64,000 nucleotides of DNA, taken from the NCBI GenBank assembly GCA_050012755.1, contig JBEKGO010000026.1, positions 1 through 64,000 of the forward strand, read 5' to 3'. The stretch comes from Candidatus Bathyarchaeia archaeon (GTDB lineage: Archaea > Thermoproteota > Bathyarchaeia > Bathyarchaeales > Bathycorpusculaceae). A model generated the notes under the pieces. It was not told the DNA's origin and did no database searches. It saw nothing but the letters and a program-made list of their open reading frames with translations. Positions 57,395 to 64,000 of this stretch are shown here, piece after piece; within the stretch, counting starts at the first letter, position 1, and every line of letters starts with the position of its first letter. The position numbers were made by a program, and so were the translations under genes.

Positions 57395-58255
57395 TTACTG
57401 CTTCATAACAAATGGCTTTCTAATTATTCGAATACCAATCACTTTTTCTATGATAGCTGCAAATTCCTTTTGCTGCTGGGTAGGTATAAGTTTACTGCGA
57501 TAAAATTCAACAGGTGGTTTGAGTTTAGTAATCGCATTATAATTATCAACCGCCCAGCTAGGTTTAGAACATTGTAAAGCGAAATTTTCCCATATTTCAG
57601 CTTCGTTGTCTAAAATTTCTTTTTCATCGTTGGTAACAAAAATTACCCATTGGTTTAGATAAAACTGATATAAAATCGCCGATGCAAGATGAATTACGTC
57701 CTTCGGGTTCCCAACAAGTTTGTTTAAAGAAGGTAGAGATGTAAGTTCAGTATTTGGTTGAATGGGAATAGTTTCAATTGCTTTGAACGGTTTCTCAATG
57801 TTATACTTAGCCTTTTGTAACTCAGTCAACCCATCAGCCAATAGAGAATCAATAGACAAAGATACTCCATCTTTCAAGGAATGTATTTGGTTAGCAATGT
57901 AATTCTCGATGACACCTACCAATTCGCCTCTAACATTGGATTTAGTGGGATACTCCTTTATTATTCGCTTTTTTTGCTCAGAAAAAACTTTAGCAACAGT
58001 TTTTCCATCTCTATTTGTTATCTGTATTATTTCACTTTTTTCCAGCGCTGGTTTTAAATAATAGCGAAGAGTGGTGCAGATGACGGAAAAACATTCTGTC
58101 GATAATTCGAAAACCTCATCCCTTACTGATTGTGATACAAAGCACTTTTTCCCCATTTTTAGAAAATTTAGACATGCTTCATCAGTTGATTCTAAAGAAT
58201 GTGGAAGCAGGATGCAAGAATCCAAAAAGAACCCTGCTACCTGTCCAAACGCCAA
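57395..58255 (-). CDS. PIN-domain protein
   Basis: FFLDSCILL, E, KDVIHLASA, FVTNDEKEI. Confidence 0.7.
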   Translation of the reverse strand: MAFGQVAGFFLDSCILLPHSLESTDEACLNFLKMGKKCFVSQSVRDEVFELSTECFSVICTTLRYYLKPALEKSEIIQITNRDGKTVAKVFSEQKKRIIKEYPTKSNVRGELVGVIENYIANQIHSLKDGVSLSIDSLLADGLTELQKAKYNIEKPFKAIETIPIQPNTELTSLPSLNKLVGNPKDVIHLASAILYQFYLNQWVIFVTNDEKEILDNEAEIWENFALQCSKPSWAVDNYNAITKLKPPVEFYRSKLIPTQQQKEFAAIIEKVIGIRIIRKPFVMKQ

Positions 58256-58268
58256 GCGATCTCTTTCC

Positions 58269-59141
58269 TTAGAGATTTATTATTTCCATCATTTTGGTAA
58301 TTGCTTTCACACTTTCGCTTTTCTCGATGGATGAAAAACAGGGCAACGCTAAATCTTTTGTAACAAGCAGTTCTAATTCGGATGTGTTTTGCTCTATTGC
58401 TTGAATGAGTTGTGATAGCACTTTATTATCAAGAACTTCTGTTTTTATCGTTTTGTCTTTGAATAAATCTTCGACTGTATTTGAGTTGTTTATCTGAACA
58501 TACCAAATTAGCTTTGTTCTGCAGCGCCCCATCAAGCGGATTTTTTCCGTGAAATCATGAACCCAATAATTATGCTTATCGCATAGCCTTTCAAATTTTG
58601 TTCTGTTATTCTTATATTGTATCAGGGTTATGTGTTCTTTTTTTATCCGCTTATCATATAAATCTATAAAGTCGTCCTCAACCAAGAAAGAGGTAGATAT
58701 AACCTTCAGGAACATCTCGGACAAATCTGAGTTGAGAAATAATTTTGATACCTCAACGATTTCCGAACAATGCTTGTTCTTTTTTGCAGTGTGTAAGTCG
58801 TAAATATTTTTGAAATATTTCTCCATCGATTCAAACATGCTTTCTGCATATCTGGATACCTCTACTCCTTTTTCAAAAACGTGGTCTTTTTCGAGGTCCA
58901 TTTTTATTTGTGTTTTCAAAAAAGCTATCGCTTGTTCGGAAGAAAAATTTCTTGGAGGGGGCAGTTCTTTGAAGAGTTCAATATTCAAATCTAAAGTTTC
59001 AGTTATCGCTTTTTTGTAAGCCTCAAAATCTTCCACCAAAGCATTACATTTGAGAGGAGAAGTTAAATCATTTACAATTAATGGCATTACTGGTCTATTT
59101 GTAACACAGACTGCCAAATTCTTGTCCTCTTGGTAAGTCAT
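58269..59141 (-). CDS. Hypothetical helical protein (partner of PIN)
   Basis: AT-rich ORF ending 13 bp before the PIN gene start. Confidence 0.6.
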   Translation of the reverse strand: MTYQEDKNLAVCVTNRPVMPLIVNDLTSPLKCNALVEDFEAYKKAITETLDLNIELFKELPPPRNFSSEQAIAFLKTQIKMDLEKDHVFEKGVEVSRYAESMFESMEKYFKNIYDLHTAKKNKHCSEIVEVSKLFLNSDLSEMFLKVISTSFLVEDDFIDLYDKRIKKEHITLIQYKNNRTKFERLCDKHNYWVHDFTEKIRLMGRCRTKLIWYVQINNSNTVEDLFKDKTIKTEVLDNKVLSQLIQAIEQNTSELELLVTKDLALPCFSSIEKSESVKAITKMMEIINL

Positions 59142-59551
59142 GTTTAATTCCTCTATATTTAACTCTAATGGTTATCGAGACAAAATAGCTATAAAACGCC
59201 TATGAATTAGTAATCTTAACTACCTAAAAAGGCTTTTTTCTACGTTTTTTCCGATGTTTTAGTTTCCTCAGTATATTGTTTCTTATTTTGAAATAAGACA
59301 CTTAGGCAAGCTAATAGACTTATTTTTTGATCGTCACTTCCCAGCTCAAGATGCTCCTTTATACCGAAAGCCATTTGTAAAGTTCTGCTTTTTGATAATA
59401 CTTAATTTGCAAGAATTTCACTTTCACTATCCCCCCTCCACTGTTCAACGCGTCAGTTTCTGCAATTCATTTTTAAGTGATTTGAGCTGATGCTTGAGCC
59501 CTGTGATTTCCCTTGACACAGAATTTAGATTGTTTGGAGGCCTAGCAGGTT

Positions 59552-59851
59552 ATGGGTAAGACTGTTCCTTCTTATAGGATGGCTATAGAATTTGAGATTA
59601 ACCGTTGGAAGGGTTTCAGAAATGCTTTGGCAAGCGACGAGGAAAAAGAAGCCTTTGATCAGATTATGGATATGTGTAGAGATCTTGCTTCTGCAGGAAG
59701 CTGCGCATGCAGCCCAATAATCCTTGAACCCATGGCTGTTAGCATACTTGTGCTTCAGCAGAAGAAAATGCAGCAACTCGAAAACAAGTTAAACGATGTT
59801 CTTTGGCAAAAGGTCTGCAATGAGGAAAAACGCACGTCAGATGGAATTTAG
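59552..59851 (+). CDS. Small helical protein resembling the PolB2-associated MG(R/K)TVPS family
   Basis: MGKTVPSYRMAIEFEINRWKGFRNAL..EEKEAFDQIM; family recognised from memory only. Confidence 0.6.
   Translation: MGKTVPSYRMAIEFEINRWKGFRNALASDEEKEAFDQIMDMCRDLASAGSCACSPIILEPMAVSILVLQQKKMQQLENKLNDVLWQKVCNEEKRTSDGI
59618..59736 (+). repeat. 119-bp direct repeat, copy 2
   Basis: Matches 57154-57272. Confidence 0.85.
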
Positions 59852-59984
59852 GTGCGAGGGATTTTGGTGGCAGGTTTTAATGATTCTGAATCTCCTGAAG
59901 AGTTCAAGCATCGTCTTAATTCTTTAACTGAAAAACTAAACAAAACTGACAAGAATTCAAAATAGATTTTCTGGAGGCAATTAA

Positions 59985-60221
59985 GTGGTAAAGTTTCAAG
60001 AGCGCAAGATTAAGAAAAAATACAAGCAAAAGGAATATGAAAGCAAAAAGTTCCTAATGGAATTCCCCGTCAAGGCGAACCCAAAAATCGAACCTCACAA
60101 ATGTACAACGTACGACGAGATAGACATTACCACACGGGACAATCCCAAACAGGAGATCCTTAACATATCACTAATGAGGAATAAAACACTTGAAGAAATT
60201 AATGAGAAAAAATCCAAGTAA
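59985..60221 (+). CDS. Small basic hypothetical protein
   Basis: GGAGG upstream, Lys-rich. Confidence 0.55.
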   Translation: MVKFQERKIKKKYKQKEYESKKFLMEFPVKANPKIEPHKCTTYDEIDITTRDNPKQEILNISLMRNKTLEEINEKKSK

Positions 60222-60542
60222 ATTTAGTTTTTTTCTGAGAAAGCTCTCGCCGCAATTTCAATTTTGAGCCTTTCCACATGAAGAAATGCTACGGAGAAAA
60301 CGTTTCTTCATGAAGAAATCACCGTGACAAAACAGATTAAAAATTGCCTTTGATGCTTTTTTTCTCCATGAAAACTCGATTTTTGTTAAAATAGGGTCTT
60401 CGAAAAAATTTTGCCCAAGGCGTTCCTTCATGAAGAAAAATTTTGCCTCGGACAAAACGCCGAAAAAACTACTGGTTAAGGTAATAAGTTAGTTCCAACG
60501 CCTTGTTTTTTCCCTCCAGAGAAAGATGGGGAGTATAAAACT

Positions 60543-60950
60543 TTGGCTGGGAAGAACAGCAGAGGCACTGAGCTTGACGTGTTCCAGGGCAGAGCGGCTA
60601 GGGCTAATAGTGCCATTTTTGATATTCTCGCCAAAGAAAGCCCTCAAACAATCAAACAGATACTTAAGAAAATAACCAAATATGAAGGTCTCGAAGAAAC
60701 CTATTATGCGAGTCTCACCAAGCGTTTCCGTAATCTTACGGAAATTGGTCTTATTGAAGAAATAAAACCAAAACAGAAAGGAGCCCCAGCAAGCTATAGG
60801 TTATGCGTCAAAGCAATCCTCGCAATGGTTCTCAAGGAAAATGGTATGCAAGACATCTTTAACCAAGCCACAGGAAAACAAGCAGCTCATATCTTGCTAG
60901 CGGTGCTAAACGTTTTGTTGACCAAAAAAGACAGTAACGTAGAAAGTTAG
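60543..60950 (+). CDS. wHTH transcriptional regulator
   Basis: AIFDILAKESPQTIKQI...YASLTKRFRNLTEIGLIEE...YRL. Confidence 0.75.
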   Translation: MAGKNSRGTELDVFQGRAARANSAIFDILAKESPQTIKQILKKITKYEGLEETYYASLTKRFRNLTEIGLIEEIKPKQKGAPASYRLCVKAILAMVLKENGMQDIFNQATGKQAAHILLAVLNVLLTKKDSNVES

Positions 60951-61162
60951 CTGGTCCCGGGTCTAACTGCCTGTGGCGCCCAATCTTATCCGGTCTCTTT
61001 GAAGGGCATCCCGATGGCAAGTAGTAGAAGCTAACTCTTCTACGTCAAAATAAAAGTAAGAAATTTTGCTTATATCAGTTTTTTACAATGGAATAAGCAA
61101 TTTTGATCAACATCACGAAAGCAACCTGTGCATGTTTTGACTGTTTTGGGTAGTTTCCCTTA

Positions 61163-61213
61163 GACCCCCTCACAAGGAAACTCCGTGAAGGGGGGTCACA
61201 AGGAGTTTCCTTG
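61163..61213. repeat. Overlapping inverted/direct repeat cluster
   Basis: CAAGGAAACTCC (61173-61184) and GGAGTTTCCTTG (61202-61213); GACCCCCTCAC and GTGAAGGGGGGTC; TCACAAGGA twice. Confidence 0.6.
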
Positions 61214-61268
61214 AAGGTGCCAGATTGTTTTTGAATTCAGACTTCACGATAGTTCAAGGTGACAACAA

Positions 61269-61511
61269 TTGGTAAATATTATTGAGGACTGGGGGGTCCT
61301 CGAAGAATATGCTGGCGAAAAACTGGGCTTCTACCAGATTCTCGCTGTTGATGGCAGCATCGAAATCCGTGTTATGACTGGAAGGCTAGGATTCAAGAAA
61401 GAGTTTAAGGACAGCAACGACAAGCAACTAAGCCAAGTCCTCGATTTCTGCAAAAAGCACCGTTTCATACAGATTAGTGAGCACTTGCGAGATGAAGATT
61501 TCTTCAAATAG
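61269..61511 (+). CDS. Hypothetical protein
   Basis: GGTGA RBS followed by TTG. Confidence 0.6.
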   Translation: MVNIIEDWGVLEEYAGEKLGFYQILAVDGSIEIRVMTGRLGFKKEFKDSNDKQLSQVLDFCKKHRFIQISEHLRDEDFFK

Positions 61512-61521
61512 AGGTTGCTTG

Positions 61522-61749
61522 ATGACTCAGGCTCCTAAAGTGCATTTTATTCACGTCTTATCTGGTCTGTTTGGTCCGCTAGTGGATGTTCCAGGTTTAG
61601 GTCAATGCGTGATAATTATGGAGGCGCAGTTTAATCGAGATTGGGAAAAGACGCTTTATAATCAGGGTTACAGTTGCCACTTTGAGAACTTGGATGATTA
61701 TCCTGCAGTTTTTGTTCCAGTTAAGCCCAGCTTGGAGGTTATCCATTAA
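61522..61749 (+). CDS. Hypothetical protein
   Basis: Likely start MTQAPK after GAGG. Confidence 0.5.
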   Translation: MTQAPKVHFIHVLSGLFGPLVDVPGLGQCVIIMEAQFNRDWEKTLYNQGYSCHFENLDDYPAVFVPVKPSLEVIH

Positions 61750-61834
61750 TGACCGTTGTTATTTTGCCCCTCGTTTTCTATTGCACTTCCACTCGGCCTT
61801 GCAAACGTACTGCATGCATTGTCCATGGTGAAGC

Positions 61835-63163
61835 ATGTTACTTTTTGACAGGGAAAGTGAGGAAGGCGTAATGGCTGCTGTTGGGGAGGGAAAGGTTGGT
61901 CTTGCATCTGAAGCCCAGTCTCCTAAATGCATATTTGGCAGTATTTCTGAAGCCGGTTCAAATATTTGCAAGTCGGCTACGCCCTTAGCCGCCGGCGCCA
62001 ACCCCCTATGCCCCAGATGCGGCAGCAAAAAAGTCTGGCGTGACGGTCGGCGTTCTCCAATGTTTGGCAACCCGATCCAACGGTGGCTATGTCGTGACTG
62101 TGCCTTAAGATTTTCAGACCCAAATGATACCCTGAAAGCGAAGGAAGCCATTGAAACTGTTGAAATGATTGAAACGAAGTCATTAAAAAGCGGTCATGCC
62201 TTACTTAGTAAACGCCAAATATGCGTCACGGAGACGAAAAACTTGGTTGCAGAACAACAGAAAACTGAGGTTCTGCGGAGAAACGAAGCAGATGCCAAAG
62301 GATCAATCGTTGGATTCAGTTTCTGGCTACTAAAACAAGGATATTCTCAAGCGACAATCAAAGGGCGAGTAAAATTGCTAAATCGCTTAATGCGTCTTGG
62401 AGCAGACTTCAACAACGAAGACTCGATAAAGGAAATAATATCAAAACAAATCTGGTCTGTAAGCAGAAAAGTAAATGCAGTCGACGCCTACGACAGCCTT
62501 CTGAAAATGCAAGGGAAAACCTGGACACCGCCAATCTATCGACGAGTAAGAAAATTGCCCTTCATCCCTACCGAAGCCGAAATAGACCAACTTATAGCTG
62601 GATGCAGCAATAAGATGGCAACCTACCTCCAAATGCTTAAAGAAACAGGCATGAGATGCGGCGAAGCCTGCGAACTGCTAAAATGGACAGACATCAACTT
62701 AGAACAACGTTCAGTAAGAATTACACCTGAAAAAGGAAGCAACCCAAGAATTCTACCACTATCAATCAAACTCGTAGATATGCTAAATGAAATGCCTAAG
62801 AACACCCCAACCGTCTTCAGCCTAAACGCAGACTTGATGAGGCATAATTTTGAGCATCAACGCAAACGAATAAGCGCAAAACTCAAAAACTCAAGAATAA
62901 ATCAGATTACGTTCCACACCTTCCGCCATTGGAAAGCCACGATGGAATACCGCAAAACCAGAGATATCCTCCACGTAAGAGAGATCCTCGGCCACAAATC
63001 CCTCAACAACACGATGCTATACACGCAGCTCATAAGCTTCAAAGACGACGACTTCAGCGCAACAGTTGCCCACTCAGAAGAAGAAGCCTGCAAACTGATA
63101 GAAGCAGGATTCGAGTACGTCTGCGACTTCGGACAAAATAAAATCTTCAGGAAACGAAAATGA
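61835..63163 (+). CDS. Tyrosine integrase with N-terminal zinc ribbon
   Basis: TGMRCGE (R), PEKGS (K), HTFRH (HxxR), LGHKS, MLYTQ (Y); CPRC...CRDC. Confidence 0.95.
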   Translation: MLLFDRESEEGVMAAVGEGKVGLASEAQSPKCIFGSISEAGSNICKSATPLAAGANPLCPRCGSKKVWRDGRRSPMFGNPIQRWLCRDCALRFSDPNDTLKAKEAIETVEMIETKSLKSGHALLSKRQICVTETKNLVAEQQKTEVLRRNEADAKGSIVGFSFWLLKQGYSQATIKGRVKLLNRLMRLGADFNNEDSIKEIISKQIWSVSRKVNAVDAYDSLLKMQGKTWTPPIYRRVRKLPFIPTEAEIDQLIAGCSNKMATYLQMLKETGMRCGEACELLKWTDINLEQRSVRITPEKGSNPRILPLSIKLVDMLNEMPKNTPTVFSLNADLMRHNFEHQRKRISAKLKNSRINQITFHTFRHWKATMEYRKTRDILHVREILGHKSLNNTMLYTQLISFKDDDFSATVAHSEEEACKLIEAGFEYVCDFGQNKIFRKRK

Positions 63164-63220
63164 TGAGCTCTTACAAAAAAATTTGTAGTAGTCTGGGGTT
63201 TGTTGTTGGCGATGTTGAAG

Positions 63221-63294
63221 TGGACCGGGGGGGATTTGAACCCCCGACCTCTTGAGTGCAAGTCAAGCGTTCATACCAGCTGAACTACCAGCCC
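63221..63294 (-). tRNA. tRNA-Ala(UGC), intronless, CCA not encoded
   Basis: Reverse complement GGGCTGGTAGTTCAGCTGGTATGAACGCTTGACTTGCACTCAAGAGGTCGGGGGTTCAAATCCCCCCCGGTCCA; G3.U70 pair, anticodon TGC. Confidence 0.96.
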
Positions 63295-63458
63295 TTGCTT
63301 TTCCCAATTGATAAACTACTCAATGATATTTAGCTTTTGTTCGCAACCAAACACAGTCAAGCAAAGGACAATGAATAATAAAACAATGAATGAATTTGAA
63401 AAATTACTCGAATTTTCTTAAAAAGTAATATCTTAAAAGCGCAGTTAAATCATTAATT

Positions 63459-63959
63459 ATGGAGGTTCAACGTTTGGAGTTAAAAACCGTTAAGATTGAC
63501 CCCCCCAAAGACTGCAACACAATCATTGGTATGGCACACTTCATAAAAACCGCAGAAGACCTCTATGAGGCATTGGTTAATTCTGTACCCAATATTAAAT
63601 TCGGCTTAGGTTTTTGTGAAAGCTCAGGACCTTGCTTGGTTAGGCATGAGGGAAACGACGAAGAACTCCGTCGACTCGCAACAGAGAAAGCGTTTGAAAT
63701 CGGTTGCGGCCACAGTTTTCTAATTTATCTAAAAAACGCTTATCCACTTAACGTACTTGATAAAATCAAGAAAGTGCCCGAAGTATGCACAATTTACGCT
63801 GCCACGGCTAATCCGATAGAAGTGTTAGTTGCCGAAACCTCTCAGGGAAGAGGCATAATTGGCGTTGTTGACGGGTTAGCAAGCAAAGGAATAGAAACAG
63901 AAGCCGATATTAAGGAAAGGCGTGGATTTCTGCGGAAAATAGGTTATAAACTGAGCTGA
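63459..63959 (+). CDS. Adenosine-specific kinase family (DUF355)
   Basis: [36 protein letters not shown]. Confidence 0.9.
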   Translation: MEVQRLELKTVKIDPPKDCNTIIGMAHFIKTAEDLYEALVNSVPNIKFGLGFCESSGPCLVRHEGNDEELRRLATEKAFEIGCGHSFLIYLKNAYPLNVLDKIKKVPEVCTIYAATANPIEVLVAETSQGRGIIGVVDGLASKGIETEADIKERRGFLRKIGYKLS

Positions 63960-64000
63960 AGCATGCAACCATAAACTATTTTAGTTTACTTTAGAATCAA

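Larger units (their letters stand above)
18290..63245. mobile_element. ~45-kb tRNA-Ala-integrated element (provirus or integrative plasmid-like) with defence cargo
   Basis: att repeats at both ends, integrase adjacent to the tRNA, regulators, defence genes and a membrane-protein module. Confidence 0.88.

Noticed and set aside
61990-62110. IS1 (InsA-like) transposase
   Set aside because: The Zn ribbon is in frame with the tyrosine integrase; there is no DDE domain and no terminal inverted repeats
655-63261. Numerous 60-130 aa ORFs antisense to or nested within long genes (e.g. 655-855, 25942-26358, 35656-36102, 61759-62151, 62902-63261)
   Set aside because: They overlap well-supported genes or the tRNA and have no motifs; treated as spurious

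Overview
Archaeal DNA, most likely Bathyarchaeia. This is inferred from the long C-terminally anchored PQQ-type beta-propeller surface proteins ending in RKRP, the frequent TTG/GTG starts, the oligo-T terminators and the integrase C-terminus 'LIEAGFEYVCD..KIFRKRK'. Bases 1-12 kb look host-like: a glutaminyl cyclase, a polyferredoxin, surface proteins and a PLP enzyme/DUF1611/PP-loop operon. Bases 12.3-18.3 kb contain a co-oriented series of decayed tRNA-3'-end scars and integrase relics interleaved with cargo genes. From 18290 to 63245 lies a ~45-kb element integrated in tRNA-Ala(UGC), with a 25-bp att repeat and a tyrosine integrase next to the tRNA. The element carries (i) small regulators and a wHTH replication candidate; (ii) defence cargo: HEPN-like genes, DUF262+RelA/SpoT, a broken NERD-helicase, Lamassu/ABC-3C, a C5-MTase/REase locus flanked by two HhH-GPD glycosylases plus a UvrD-nuclease, and a PIN gene; (iii) a second minimal tyrosine recombinase; and (iv) a divergent block of membrane/secreted proteins with a CAAX-type protease, plus a 1009-aa fusion of a packaging-type ATPase with an ABC-ATPase/GNAT module overlapping an ASCH gene. 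I recognise no HK97 capsid, terminase, portal, relaxase or VirB4. The best candidate for a new system is therefore an enveloped provirus or vesicle-disseminated element with packaging-coupled nucleic-acid acylation. All calls come from reading motifs by eye; no searches were run.
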